A stretch of 64,000 nt of DNA, from contig OZ245002.1 of the NCBI GenBank assembly GCA_965223415.1, positions 4,736,001-4,800,000 on the forward strand, in the 5' to 3' direction. The position numbers and the translations under genes are program-made. The stretch is from Myxococcota bacterium. Its GTDB lineage: Bacteria > Myxococcota_A > UBA9160 > UBA6930. The notes beneath the pieces were generated by a model. That model was not told the origin of the DNA, searched no databases, and saw only the letters and a list, made by a program, of their open reading frames with translations. Shown one piece after another: positions 1 to 10,305 of the stretch. Positions within the stretch are counted from its first letter, which is position 1; the number at the start of each line of letters is the position of its first letter.

Positions 1-270
1 CTCGTCAACGTCGATTTGCTGGTCTGGCAGGCGCCGCCGCTTCCGATCTGGCTGGTCCTCGGTCTCGCCTTCCTGCTCGGCGTGCTGTGCGCCAGCGCGG
101 GGCTCCTCTACCAGCTCGCCAAGAAGAGCCTCGTCACGCGCCGCTACCGCAAGACCGTGGCGGGCCTCGAGTCCGAGATCCACCAGCTGCGCAACCTGCC
201 CCTCGCCGGGAGCGAGACGGCCCCGAACGGAGCCGGGGTGGAGGACTCGCCGGTTCCAGGCGCTCCATGA
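1..270 (+). CDS. lapA: LapA-family small membrane protein (5'-truncated by window edge)
   Basis: Hydrophobic helix followed by coiled C-terminus ending ...QLRNLP; directly upstream of a LapB-like TPR gene. Confidence 0.7.
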   Translation, partial: LVNVDLLVWQAPPLPIWLVLGLAFLLGVLCASAGLLYQLAKKSLVTRRYRKTVAGLESEIHQLRNLPLAGSETAPNGAGVEDSPVPGAP

Positions 271-1298
271 GCCGTCTCAAGCGGGCGCTCCGCGGTGGGG
301 GGAGGGCGTCCCGTTCCCCGGACGAGGCCTTCCGGGGTGCGCTCCTGCGGCTGCTCGACCGCGATCTCGACGGCGCCGAGGAGCTCCTGGCGGACGCGGC
401 ACGGGCCGACTCCGACGACCTCGACGCCTACCTGGCGTTGGCCGCCCTCTACCGCAGCCGCGGGGAGATCGGCCGCGCGATCCGCATTCACCAGAACCTC
501 CTGCTGCGCGCCGACCTTCCGGCGGCGCGGCGTCACGAGGCGCTGGCCGGGCTGGCGGCGGACTTCCAGCGCGGCGGCTTCCTGCAACGGGCCATCGCCG
601 CCTACGAAGAGGTGCTCGAGGAGCACGGCAAGGACCCGGTGGCGCTGCGGGCGCTCGGCGAGCTGCACGCGGACGCACGCAACTGGGGACGCGCCCTCGA
701 GATGAGTCGGCGCCTTGCGAAGGCGACCGGCCAGGACGGCGCCGCCCACGAGGCGGCTCTGTGGGTGCGCTCCGCCGCCGCCGCCCAGGCCGAGGGGCGC
801 AGCGAGGACGCGCGCAAGGATCTGAAGCGCGCGCTCCGCCGGGACGCGGACGCGGTCGACGCCTGGATCGCCCTGGGCGAGATCGAGGCCGAGCGAGGCA
901 AGGACAAGCGGGCCCTTGCGGCCTGGGCGAAGGTCCCGGAGATCGACCGCCGGGCGGGCCCCCGGGTCTACCCGAGGCTCGAGGCCACCTACGCGGCCCT
1001 CGGCAAGCCGCGGGACTACGAGAAGTGGCTTCGCGGGCTCCTCGCCGCGCGGCCCGGGGACGGTGGCGCCCGCCTGGCCCTCGTGCGCTGCCTGCTCTCG
1101 CGCGGCGACGCCGACGCCGCCCTGGACGAGGCACGAGAGCTGGTGGAGCGGGATCCGGCCAGCCTGGCCGGCCAGGCGGTGATGCTGCAGAGCCTGCTCG
1201 CCGCCGATCGGGACCCGGAGGCCCTGAAGCAGGCTCACGAGCTGCTCCAGACCCTGGCCCGTGGCGGCCTGCTGGAGCCGCGGGAGCCCCTCCTGTGA
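267..1298 (+). CDS. lapB: LapB-like tetratricopeptide repeat protein
   Basis: YRSRGEIGRAIRIHQNL and DFQRGGFLQRA motifs; ATGA overlap with upstream stop. Confidence 0.7.
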   Translation: MSRLKRALRGGGRASRSPDEAFRGALLRLLDRDLDGAEELLADAARADSDDLDAYLALAALYRSRGEIGRAIRIHQNLLLRADLPAARRHEALAGLAADFQRGGFLQRAIAAYEEVLEEHGKDPVALRALGELHADARNWGRALEMSRRLAKATGQDGAAHEAALWVRSAAAAQAEGRSEDARKDLKRALRRDADAVDAWIALGEIEAERGKDKRALAAWAKVPEIDRRAGPRVYPRLEATYAALGKPRDYEKWLRGLLAARPGDGGARLALVRCLLSRGDADAALDEARELVERDPASLAGQAVMLQSLLAADRDPEALKQAHELLQTLARGGLLEPREPLL

Positions 1299-3964
1299 CG
1301 GCGAAGTCCGCCCGGGAGACCCCGATGATGAAGCAGTACCTGGGCATCAAGGCCCAGGTTCCCGACGCGTTCCTGTTCTATCGGATGGGAGACTTCTACG
1401 AGCTCTTCTTCGACGACGCCGAGCGCGCGGCGCCGCTCCTCGACATCACCCTGACCACCCGCGACAAGAACAAGCCCGATCCGATCCCGATGTGTGGGGT
1501 GCCCGTTCACAGCGCCGAGGGCTACATCCGCAAGCTCGCCGAGCTCGGCCATCGCGTCGCCCTGTGCGAGCAGGTCGAGGACGCGCGCCAGGCGGGCGGG
1601 CGGAAGCTGGTGCGGCGCGAGGTGGTGGAGGTGGTGACGCCCGGGCTGGTCGGGGATCCCAGCGGCCTCGAGGGCGCGGAAGAGGTGGCGCTCGCGGCGC
1701 TCTCCCGGGGAGAGGCCGGCTTCGGCCTGGCAGTGCTCGACGCCTCGACCGGGAGCTTCCGGGCTACCCAGGCCCCCGCCGGCCCTTCGCTCTCCGCCGC
1801 CCTCGCCGACGAGCTCGAACGGACCGGGCCGAGGGAGCTCCTGGCACCCGAGGCCCTGGGTGGCGCTCTCGGGCCGCTGCTCGAGGCGCGGCTCCCGCAC
1901 ACCGTCCTCCGCACCCTCGACGACGCGCACTTCGATCCGGAGGGCGCGCCGGCCCGGCCCCACGGCTTCGTGGCGGACGCCGACGATCCGCGCATGGCGG
2001 CCGCCGCGGCGGCGCTGCGCTACCTGGGCGATCACCAGCCCGCCGCCCTGGCCCAGGCGCCGCGGCTGCGCCTCTACGAGCTGACCGACGCCATGGTCCT
2101 CGATGCGGCGACGCTTCGGCACCTGGAGCTGTTCGAGAGCCACGAGGACCGCTCGCGGAGCGGCACGCTGATCGAGCGGCTCGACGCGACCCGCACCGCC
2201 CTCGGCGCCCGCCGCCTGGCCCGCTGGATGGCCTATCCACTCATCGACCCGACCGCGATCCGGGCGCGCCAGGACGGGGTGGCGGCCCTGGCCGACGGCG
2301 ACCGTGGTCGGGGACGGCTGCGGGAGGCCCTGGCCCGGGTGCGCGATCTCGAGCGCATCTTCGCCCGTTGCCAACGGCCGGGCGCCGAGCCCCGGGACCT
2401 GGCCGCGCTGCGCGATTCGATCGCGGCCCTGCCCCGGGTCGTCAGTTCCCTTGCCGAAGCCGGCGACGCCCTGCTGGGCGATGCCGGTACGCTGCTGCCG
2501 CTCCCGGAGCCCTTGCCCGAGCTGGAGACGCTGCTGGCGGAGGCCCTGGTGGACGAGCCGAAGGCCGTGCCCCGCGGCTCCCGAGGCGCCACGGAGACGG
2601 GCTACGTGCGCGCCGGCTTCCGCGCCGAGCTCGACGGGGTGCGCGAAGCTGCCGGCAAGGGCCGCGAGTGGATCGCCGGGCTCGAGGCCCAGGAGCGCGA
2701 GCGCACCGGCATCCCGACTCTCAAGGTGCGCTTCCACCCGGTGCACGGCTACGCGCTCGAGGTGACGAAGGCGAACCTGCACCGGGTTCCCGAGGACTAC
2801 GAGCGCAAGCAGACCCTGGCGAACGCCGAGCGCTTCACCACGCCGGAGCTGCGCGAGATGGAGGGCGCGGTGCTCGGCGCCACCGAGCGCGCGGCGGCCC
2901 TGGAGCGGACGATCTTCGAGGAGGTTCGCCAGACGGCGCTGGACTGCGCCGTGGACATCCGCGCCGCGGCCGACGCGGTGGGTGAGCTCGACGCCCTCCA
3001 GTCCCTGGCGGAGGTGGCCCGCCGGGACGGCTGGGTACGGCCGGTCGTCGACGACGGGACCGGCCTGCGGATCGGAGCGGGACGGCATCCCGTCGTGGAA
3101 CGCATGCTGCGCCGCTCGGGCGAAGAGTACGTCGCCAACGACACCGCCCTCGATCCCACGGAGACCCAGCTCCTGCTGATGACCGGTCCCAACATGTCGG
3201 GCAAGAGCACCTACCTGCGCCAGGTCGCGATCCTGGTGCTGCTCGCCCAGATGGGGAGCTTCGTGCCCGCCGAGAGCGCCCAGGTGGGCGTGGTCGACCG
3301 CGTCTTCACCCGGGTCGGCGCCTCGGACCGCCTGGCCCGGGGCGAATCCACCTTCATGGTCGAGATGCGCGAGACCGCCGAGATCCTCGGACAGGCGTCG
3401 CCCCGCAGCCTGATCATCCTGGACGAGATCGGCCGTGGGACGAGCACCTTCGATGGCCTGTCGATCGCCTGGGCCGTGGCCGAGTACCTGCACGACACGC
3501 CGGGTCTCCAGGCGCGCACGCTCTTCGCCACCCACTATCATGAGCTGGCGGATCTGGCCCACACTCGTGCCGGCGTGGACAACGCCCACTTCGAGGCCCG
3601 CGAGTGGAAGGAGGAGGTGCTGTTCCTGCGTCGGCTGGCCCCGGGGCCGGCGAGCCGCTCCTACGGCATCCAGGTCGCCCGCCTGGCCGGGCTTCCGCCG
3701 GCCGTGACGAGCCGTGCCAGGGAGATCCTCGCGCGCCTCGAGCAGGACGAGCTGGCGCCGGACGGACGGCCGCGTCTCGCCGCGGAGAGCGACCCGGCCG
3801 CGGGAGACGGACAGCTCGCGCTCTTCACGAGCGACGCACCCAGCGCGGCCGAGGAGGCCGTGCTCCGAGAGCTGCGCGTCCTCGACCCGGACGCCACGAC
3901 ACCGCTCCAGGCGTTGGAGCGGCTGGCTGCGTGGCGGGCCCGCTTGCAGGAGGAGGGCGAGTGA
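1295..3964 (+). CDS. mutS: DNA mismatch repair protein MutS
   Basis: TPMMKQY, FYRMGDFYELF, Walker A GPNMSGKSTY, STFMVEM, DEIGRGTS, SYGIQVA; GTG start overlapping upstream TGA. Confidence 0.97.
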   Translation: MTAKSARETPMMKQYLGIKAQVPDAFLFYRMGDFYELFFDDAERAAPLLDITLTTRDKNKPDPIPMCGVPVHSAEGYIRKLAELGHRVALCEQVEDARQAGGRKLVRREVVEVVTPGLVGDPSGLEGAEEVALAALSRGEAGFGLAVLDASTGSFRATQAPAGPSLSAALADELERTGPRELLAPEALGGALGPLLEARLPHTVLRTLDDAHFDPEGAPARPHGFVADADDPRMAAAAAALRYLGDHQPAALAQAPRLRLYELTDAMVLDAATLRHLELFESHEDRSRSGTLIERLDATRTALGARRLARWMAYPLIDPTAIRARQDGVAALADGDRGRGRLREALARVRDLERIFARCQRPGAEPRDLAALRDSIAALPRVVSSLAEAGDALLGDAGTLLPLPEPLPELETLLAEALVDEPKAVPRGSRGATETGYVRAGFRAELDGVREAAGKGREWIAGLEAQERERTGIPTLKVRFHPVHGYALEVTKANLHRVPEDYERKQTLANAERFTTPELREMEGAVLGATERAAALERTIFEEVRQTALDCAVDIRAAADAVGELDALQSLAEVARRDGWVRPVVDDGTGLRIGAGRHPVVERMLRRSGEEYVANDTALDPTETQLLLMTGPNMSGKSTYLRQVAILVLLAQMGSFVPAESAQVGVVDRVFTRVGASDRLARGESTFMVEMRETAEILGQASPRSLIILDEIGRGTSTFDGLSIAWAVAEYLHDTPGLQARTLFATHYHELADLAHTRAGVDNAHFEAREWKEEVLFLRRLAPGPASRSYGIQVARLAGLPPAVTSRAREILARLEQDELAPDGRPRLAAESDPAAGDGQLALFTSDAPSAAEEAVLRELRVLDPDATTPLQALERLAAWRARLQEEGE

Positions 3965-5208
3965 TCCGCCGGCCCGGCCCCCTGGCGAACGGGCGGGGCG
4001 TGAGCCGCGGAGCGCTACGCCTAGGGCTCGGCCTGCTCGCACTCGCCCTGCTCGGCGCCGATCGGCCGCCGGGCCTCGCCGATGTGCGCGACGTCCGCCA
4101 CTGGTCCTACGCCGACTACACCCGGGTGGTGGTCGAGCTCTCCTCCTCGGCGGCGCGCAGCGAGGTGAAGCGGCTCGCCGCGGACCGCGGCGCGGGCCGG
4201 CCCGAGCGCATCTACCTCGACCTGCCGAACGTCTGGGTCGGGAAGCGCTACGAGGATCCGATCCCGGTGGGAGACGGTCTGCTGCGCGGGATCCGGCTCG
4301 GGCAGAATCGTCCCACCGCGTCCCGCCTGGTGATCGACCTGGAGCGCTACGAGCGCCACCGGATCTTCCGCCTGACCTCGCCCCACCGGCTGGTGCTCGA
4401 CGTGTACGCCTCGCGCCGCGGCCCCCAGGGTGGCACGATCACGGCAAGGCGCCCCGGGCGGCCGGGAGCTCCCGCGACGCGCCGCGCGGCCCCGGCCCCC
4501 ACCCCGCGCCTGCGCCCGGTGCATACCGTCGTGATCGACCCGGGGCACGGCGGCGAGGACCCGGGGGCGATCGGCATCGGCGGTCTGCGCGAAAAAGAAG
4601 TGACCCTGCGGATCGCGAAGGAGCTCGCTCGCCGGCTGCGCGATCGGGGCTTCCAGGTCTATCTCACCCGGCAGCGGGACCGCACCCTCAGCCTCGAGGC
4701 GCGTACCGCGTTCGCCGAGGGCAAGGGCGCCGATGTGTTCCTCTCGATTCACGCCAACGCCGCCGGCCGGCGGGGCGCCCACGGCATCGAGACCTACTTC
4801 CTGGACAAGAGCCACGAGCGGCACTCCCTGCGCGTGGCGGCCCGGGAGAACGGGGTGCCGCCCGGCGAGCTCGACGCGCTCCAGCGGGCGGTGGCCGGGC
4901 TCAAGGTCTCGGAGATGTCCGCCCAGTCCCGCTCCCTCGCAACGGCCGTCCACGGCAAGGTTGTCGACGGCGTGCGCCAGACCCACGGCTCCGTCCGCGA
5001 CCTGGGCGTGAAGCAGGGCCCCTTCCACGTGCTGTTCCTCTCGGGCATGCCGTCGATCCTGGTGGAGACGGGCTTCGTCACCCACCCGAAGGAGGCCCGC
5101 CGGCTGAAGAGCCGCTTCTACCAGCACGTGCTGGCGGAGCAGATCGCCCGCGGCCTCTCCCGGTACCGCAGCCAGCGCTCGGCGCAGCTCGCCAGGGCCC
5201 GGTCGTGA
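3961..5208 (+). CDS. N-acetylmuramoyl-L-alanine amidase (AMIN + Amidase_3)
   Basis: YTRVVVEL AMIN-like repeats; VVIDPGHGGEDPGA, SIHAN, LVETGF. Confidence 0.92.
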   Translation: MIRRPGPLANGRGVSRGALRLGLGLLALALLGADRPPGLADVRDVRHWSYADYTRVVVELSSSAARSEVKRLAADRGAGRPERIYLDLPNVWVGKRYEDPIPVGDGLLRGIRLGQNRPTASRLVIDLERYERHRIFRLTSPHRLVLDVYASRRGPQGGTITARRPGRPGAPATRRAAPAPTPRLRPVHTVVIDPGHGGEDPGAIGIGGLREKEVTLRIAKELARRLRDRGFQVYLTRQRDRTLSLEARTAFAEGKGADVFLSIHANAAGRRGAHGIETYFLDKSHERHSLRVAARENGVPPGELDALQRAVAGLKVSEMSAQSRSLATAVHGKVVDGVRQTHGSVRDLGVKQGPFHVLFLSGMPSILVETGFVTHPKEARRLKSRFYQHVLAEQIARGLSRYRSQRSAQLARARS

Positions 5209-7931
5209 GCGCCCACGGCGAGCCCAGCCTCGACCACTTCATCCCGCCCTACGCGTCGGGGGACGAGCGGGAGTCGCGGGAGACCGCGGCCGCCGCCCGG
5301 GGCTACCTGGCCGAGCTGCGCTCGTTCCTGGCCGAACGCCAGCGCATGGGCGACTCGGGACAGACCGTCAACATGCTCCACGCGGACGCGGTCGACCGGC
5401 TGCTCCGGCGGCTCTACGAGGTGGCCGAGTTCGCCTACTACGCGGACGAAGGAGAGCTCGACGCCCGGGTGAGCATCGCGGCCGTGGGCGGCTATGCCCG
5501 CCGTGAGATGGCGATCGGCTCCGACGTGGACCTGCTCTTCCTGCACGATGGCGCGGAGATCAGCCCCTATGCCGCTCGCATCGCCGAGTGGATCCAGTAC
5601 TGCCTGTGGGACGCAGGGCTCGAGGTGGGGGCCGCGCTGCGTAACCTGGACGAGACGATCGCCCTTGGCCACGAGGACCTGACCGCGAAGACCACGATCC
5701 TGGGGGCGCGCTTCCTCGCCGGCGATCCGACCCTCTTCCACCAGTTCACCACGGCGGTGCGGGACCGCCTGATCCCGGACGTCGGGGCGTTCCTGGCGGA
5801 GCTCCGGGAGGCCTGGCAGGCCCGCCACGCGAAGTTCGGCGATTCCCTCTACCTCCTCCAGCCCAACCTGAAGGAGGGCGCCGGCGGGCTCCGCGACTAC
5901 CACACCGCCTGGTGGGCAGTGCGCGCCAGTGAGCCTCTCTTCCAGGGGCTCGAAGACCTGCTCCACGTGGGGCTCCTCACCGAATCCGAGATGGCCGAGT
6001 ACCGGTCCGCGCTCCAGTTCCTGTGGCGCGTGCGCAACCAGCTGCACCTCACCACGAAGCGCAAGACCGACCAGATGAGCTTCGAGCTCCAGGAATCCCT
6101 CGCCGAGGCGCTGGGCTTCGGCTCCGGAGTGGGTCGCGACGGAGACCTGCCGGTCGAGCGCTTCATGCGCGAGTACTATCTGCACGCTCGGGCGGTGCAG
6201 AACTTCTCGGAGATCGTGGTCGAGCAGTGCCTGGCGCGCACCCGCGCCCACCGCGGCGCGCCGGAGACCCAGGCTGCCGAGGACGGCTTCCGCGTGGCGG
6301 TGGACCACCTGGAGATCCCCCACGCGTCCCAGCTGCGCGAGAACCCCGTGCGGCTCCTCACCGCCTTCGCGGTGGCCCAGGATCACGATGTCCCCCTCTC
6401 CCGCACGGCGCGCCGCTACATCCGCGAGCACCTGCACCTGATCGACGAGGACTTCCAGCGCTCGCCGGAGGCCGCCGAGGCCTTCCTGCGCATCCTCTCG
6501 TCGCGCCATCGCGTGATGCGCACGTTGATGATGATGAACGAGGTGGGGCTTCTGGGCCGTTACCTGCCGGAGTGGGACCACATCGTGTGCCGCTGGCAGC
6601 ACGTGATCTATCACACCTACACGGTGGACGTGCACTCGATCTTCCTGGTCGAGGAGCTGCGGCGGCTGTGGCGGGGAAAGTACGAGCAGGCGCTGCCGGA
6701 GCTGACCGAGCTGGTGCGCGGCGTGCCGGACCTGTCGGTGCTCTACCTGGGCTGCCTGCTCCACGACATCGGCAAGGGGCTGGGCGGGGACCACTCGGGC
6801 AAGGGGGCGGACCTGGCCCAGCGCTGCTGCGAGCGGCTCGGTCTCGCCGAGGAGCGCACGCGTCGGGTCGTGTTCATCGTCCGCTGGCACCTCTTGATGT
6901 CCCACGTGGCCCAGCGCCGCGACCTCGCCGACCCGAAGGTGATCGTCGACCTGGCCCAGACCTGCGGCGACCGGGAGAACCTCCACAACCTCTACCTGGC
7001 CACCTTCGCCGACATGCGGGCCTCGTCGGCCCAGGCCTGGACCGAGTGGCGCTACGGGCTCCTGAAGGAGCTCTTCGAGCGTACCTCCGAGTTCCTCGAG
7101 TCCGGCGGCGACGATCCGCGGCTGGCCCAGAGCCAGATCGACGCGCGGGTCGAGACGAGGCGTGAGCAGGCGGCCCGCGAGCTCGCCGGCCTCGGAGTCG
7201 CGGAGGCTCGCATCGCCGAGTTCTTCGAGATGATGCCGCGGCGCTACTTCGTCTCCCACACGCCGCGGCAGATCGCCCGCCACGCGCGGGTAGTGCTCTC
7301 CCTCGGGCCCGACGACGTCCACGCCAGCGCCGTGCGCACCATGCGAGGCGGCTTCAGCGAGTACATCCTCTGCACCCGGGACGTGCGCCGGCTCTACTCG
7401 GACGTGGCGGGCTCGCTCACGGCGGTCGGCATCAACATCCTGGGCTCGAACGTCTACACCTCGCGGACCGGCCTGGCGCTCGAGGTCTACCGCGTGTCGA
7501 CGCCGGAGGGCGGGGCCGAGGAGCAGCAGAGCCGATGGGACGAGCTGGAGCACGTCGTCGGCCAGGTGTTGACGGGGGATGCGCCGGTGGACGAGCTGAT
7601 CGCCCGCCGCAGTCGGCCAGTGGGCCGGACGCTGCCGCCTTCGCCGCGCCCGGGCCGGGTGAGCCTCCGCAATGATGTATCGGACTTCTACACCGTGGTC
7701 GACGTCAACGCGAACGATCGCCCGGGCCTGCTCTACGACCTGACGCGCACCCTGGCGGCCCACGACCTGGAGATCTTTTTGTCCAAGGCGACGACGGTCC
7801 TCGACCAGGTGGCCGACACCTTCTACGTGAAGGGCCCGAAGGCGAAGAAGCTCACGGACGAGGACGCCCTGGCGCGTCTGGCCGCCGACCTCGAACAGGT
7901 CGTCCTGGACGAGGACCCCGGTGGCCCTTGA
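5205..7931 (+). CDS. glnD: [Protein-PII] uridylyltransferase
   Basis: AVGGYAR..SDVDL nucleotidyltransferase motif, PNLKEGAGGLRD, HTYTVDVH, LLHDIGKG HD motif, C-terminal ACT DRPGLL. Confidence 0.96.
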   Translation: MSAHGEPSLDHFIPPYASGDERESRETAAAARGYLAELRSFLAERQRMGDSGQTVNMLHADAVDRLLRRLYEVAEFAYYADEGELDARVSIAAVGGYARREMAIGSDVDLLFLHDGAEISPYAARIAEWIQYCLWDAGLEVGAALRNLDETIALGHEDLTAKTTILGARFLAGDPTLFHQFTTAVRDRLIPDVGAFLAELREAWQARHAKFGDSLYLLQPNLKEGAGGLRDYHTAWWAVRASEPLFQGLEDLLHVGLLTESEMAEYRSALQFLWRVRNQLHLTTKRKTDQMSFELQESLAEALGFGSGVGRDGDLPVERFMREYYLHARAVQNFSEIVVEQCLARTRAHRGAPETQAAEDGFRVAVDHLEIPHASQLRENPVRLLTAFAVAQDHDVPLSRTARRYIREHLHLIDEDFQRSPEAAEAFLRILSSRHRVMRTLMMMNEVGLLGRYLPEWDHIVCRWQHVIYHTYTVDVHSIFLVEELRRLWRGKYEQALPELTELVRGVPDLSVLYLGCLLHDIGKGLGGDHSGKGADLAQRCCERLGLAEERTRRVVFIVRWHLLMSHVAQRRDLADPKVIVDLAQTCGDRENLHNLYLATFADMRASSAQAWTEWRYGLLKELFERTSEFLESGGDDPRLAQSQIDARVETRREQAARELAGLGVAEARIAEFFEMMPRRYFVSHTPRQIARHARVVLSLGPDDVHASAVRTMRGGFSEYILCTRDVRRLYSDVAGSLTAVGINILGSNVYTSRTGLALEVYRVSTPEGGAEEQQSRWDELEHVVGQVLTGDAPVDELIARRSRPVGRTLPPSPRPGRVSLRNDVSDFYTVVDVNANDRPGLLYDLTRTLAAHDLEIFLSKATTVLDQVADTFYVKGPKAKKLTDEDALARLAADLEQVVLDEDPGGP

Positions 7932-8862
7932 GCTCTCCACGGCGATCGACGGCTTCCTGCGTCACCTGGCCGTCGAGCGCGGGCTCAGCCCGCGGACCCT
8001 CGAGGCCTACGGGCGGGACCTCGCCCGCTTCGCAGACTACGCCGAGGGCCGCGGTGTCCGCGGTGTCGGCGGGATCGAGCGTGGCCACGTGAGCGGCTTC
8101 CAGGAGGCGCTCGAGGGCGAGGGCCTCGCGGTGCGAAGCCGGGCCCGGATGGGCGTTTCGGTGCGGCGCTTCGTGCGGCACCTGGTGGCGACGGGTCGTC
8201 TCGCCGAGGATCCGAGCGAGGGGGTGGGCACCCCGCGCCGCGGCCGGCCCCTGCCCAAGGTGCTGCGGCCCGACGAGACCGAAGCGCTGCTGGCGGCGGC
8301 CGGCGGCGACGCCCCCCTGGACCTGCGCGACCGGGCGATGCTCGAGGTGCTGTACGGCGCCGGGCTGCGGGTGAGCGAGCTCGTGGCGCTGCCCCTCGCC
8401 GCGGTGGACGCCCGGGCGGGCTGGCTGCGGGTGGTGGGCAAGGGACGCAAGGAGCGCATCGTGCCGCTCGGGGAGCCGGCCCTCGAGGCGATCGGCCGCT
8501 ACCTGGAAGAGGCGAGGCCGGCCCTCGTCGGCAAGGGGCGCCGGGACCCGGACGCGCTCTTCCTGAGCCGTCGCGGCGGCGCCATGACACGACAGAACTT
8601 CTTCCAGCGGCTGCGCGCACTCGCGCTGCGGGCTGGCGTGCCCACGGACCGGGTCTCCCCCCACGTGCTGCGTCATGCCTTCGCCACGGATCTGGTCGAG
8701 GGCGGCGCAGATCTCCGGGCCGTCCAGACGATGCTCGGCCACGCGGACCTCTCGACGACCCAGATCTACACCCACGTGAGCCGCGGCCGGCTCCGGGACG
8801 TGGTGGAGGAGCGCCACCCCCGCGGAGCGGGGAGGCCGCGAGCCCGGCGGCGAAAAGGGTGA
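7921..8862 (+). CDS. xerD: Tyrosine recombinase XerD
   Basis: VERGLSPRTLEAY, YGAGLRVSEL, GKGRKER, SPHVLRHAFAT, LGHADLSTTQIYTHV. Confidence 0.93.
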   Translation: MALELSTAIDGFLRHLAVERGLSPRTLEAYGRDLARFADYAEGRGVRGVGGIERGHVSGFQEALEGEGLAVRSRARMGVSVRRFVRHLVATGRLAEDPSEGVGTPRRGRPLPKVLRPDETEALLAAAGGDAPLDLRDRAMLEVLYGAGLRVSELVALPLAAVDARAGWLRVVGKGRKERIVPLGEPALEAIGRYLEEARPALVGKGRRDPDALFLSRRGGAMTRQNFFQRLRALALRAGVPTDRVSPHVLRHAFATDLVEGGADLRAVQTMLGHADLSTTQIYTHVSRGRLRDVVEERHPRGAGRPRARRRKG

Positions 8863-8890
8863 GCATCGATCACCTCCGGCGGGCCCGGCG

Positions 8891-10201
8891 ATGAAGCGGG
8901 TGGGCATCGATCAGCTCCGGCGGGCTCTGCCGGAGGCGGTGCGCGAGGCGACGCTCGCCGTGGCGGCCGCCGCCGACGGGCTGGGCGTGGGCATCCACCT
9001 GGTCGGCGGCCCGGTGCGCGACTTCCTGCTCGGGCGCCCGCTGCGCGACGTGGACCTCGTGGCCGAGCCGCGGGAGGGTGCCCGGGGCAAGGGCGACGCG
9101 GCCGCTGTGGTCGCCGCCGCCAAGCTCTCCGGGGCGCGGGTCGTGGCCCATGCGCGCTTCGGAACGGTCCGGATCGAGCAGGGCGGGGCGGTCCTCGACG
9201 TCGCGACCGTGCGCTCGGAGCGCTACGCGTCGCCCGGTGCCCTGCCCACCGTCGAGCCCGGAGGCCTCGACGACGACCTGCGCCGGCGGGACTTCACGGT
9301 GAACGGGCTCGCGGCGCCGCTGAACCCGACGGCGCGCCGCGGGCGATCGTCCCTGATCGATCCGGGGGAGGGGCTCGCCGATCTCGAGCGCGGCGTGCTG
9401 CGGGTGTTCCATCCGCGGAGCTTCCACGATGATCCCACCCGCGCGCTGCGTGCCGCGCGGCTCGCACCCCGGCTGGGCATGAGCCTGGCGCGGCCCAGCC
9501 GCAGCGCCCTGCGCTCGGCGTTGCGGGACGGCGCCTTCGGCGGCGTCTCGGGTGAGCGCTACCGGGCGGAGCTGGAGAAGCTCTTCGCGGATCCGGCCCA
9601 GGGGCTCGATCCCGCCAATGCCCTGGGGCTGCTCGACGAGTGGCACGTGCTCGCCGCCCTCGAGCCCGGCCTCCACCTCGGCCGCGAGGCGCGCACGCCC
9701 TTGCGGCGCCTGGGACGGGACCTGCGCGACCCGCCCGCCTCGCTGCGGGCCTGGCTCGCCGGGTTCATGGTCTGGCTCGGTCCGCTGCCGGCGCCGCTGC
9801 GCCGGCGGGTGCTGCGGCGCTTCGCCGTGCGCGGCCGCGCCGCCGAGCGCATCGTCGCTCACCCGCGGGAGGCGGCGGCCGCCCTGCGCCGTCTCGCGCG
9901 TCGGCGCGGGCGCGGCGCCACGGATGCGGTGCTGCGCGGGCTGGGTGCCGAGGAGCGCTGGGCGCTCGCCGCGGGCGCACCCCCGCCCCTTCGCCGCCGC
10001 ATCCTTCGCTGGGCGGAGGAGGATCGGGCCGTGCGGCTCCCGGTGACCGGTCGCGACCTGGTGGCCCTCGGCCTCGACGGCCCGGCCGTGGGCCGCGCCC
10101 TCGAGCGCATCCGCACCGGTGTGCTCGACAAGACCGTGCGCAGCCGCGACGAAGCCCTGGCCCTGGCCCGCGAGATGAGCGGGACAAAGGGACGTTCCTG
10201 A
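8891..10201 (+). CDS. Class II tRNA nucleotidyltransferase (probably A-adding type)
   Basis: VGGPVRD..DVD, RSERYASPGALP, DDLRRRDFTVN, FHDDPTR. Confidence 0.85.
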   Translation: MKRVGIDQLRRALPEAVREATLAVAAAADGLGVGIHLVGGPVRDFLLGRPLRDVDLVAEPREGARGKGDAAAVVAAAKLSGARVVAHARFGTVRIEQGGAVLDVATVRSERYASPGALPTVEPGGLDDDLRRRDFTVNGLAAPLNPTARRGRSSLIDPGEGLADLERGVLRVFHPRSFHDDPTRALRAARLAPRLGMSLARPSRSALRSALRDGAFGGVSGERYRAELEKLFADPAQGLDPANALGLLDEWHVLAALEPGLHLGREARTPLRRLGRDLRDPPASLRAWLAGFMVWLGPLPAPLRRRVLRRFAVRGRAAERIVAHPREAAAALRRLARRRGRGATDAVLRGLGAEERWALAAGAPPPLRRRILRWAEEDRAVRLPVTGRDLVALGLDGPAVGRALERIRTGVLDKTVRSRDEALALAREMSGTKGRS

Positions 10202-10245
10202 CGGTCTCACGAAACGTGAGACCATCAGGAACGTCCCTTTGTCCC
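10181..10245. repeat. 65-bp near-perfect palindrome (REP-like) overlapping stop codon
   Basis: GGGACAAAGGGACGTTCCTGACGGTCTCACG-aaa-CGTGAGACCATCAGGAACGTCCCTTTGTCCC. Confidence 0.9.
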
Positions 10246-10305
10246 ACCCCCGGCAATCGGTATGTTCCGGCCACCCCCCGCCCCCACGCCTCCGCGGAGC
10301 GCCTC

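Noticed and set aside
1235..7940. Very long antisense and alternative-frame ORFs (e.g. 935, 940 aa; also the N-terminal extensions of 19395-23207, 49423-53280, 55497-58907)
   Set aside because: Shadow ORFs expected at high GC, overlapping clearly identified genes; low-complexity R/G/P/A translations
7921..8862. xerD as the island integrase
   Set aside because: Housekeeping XerD motifs and conserved glnD-scpAB context, 16 kb from the island
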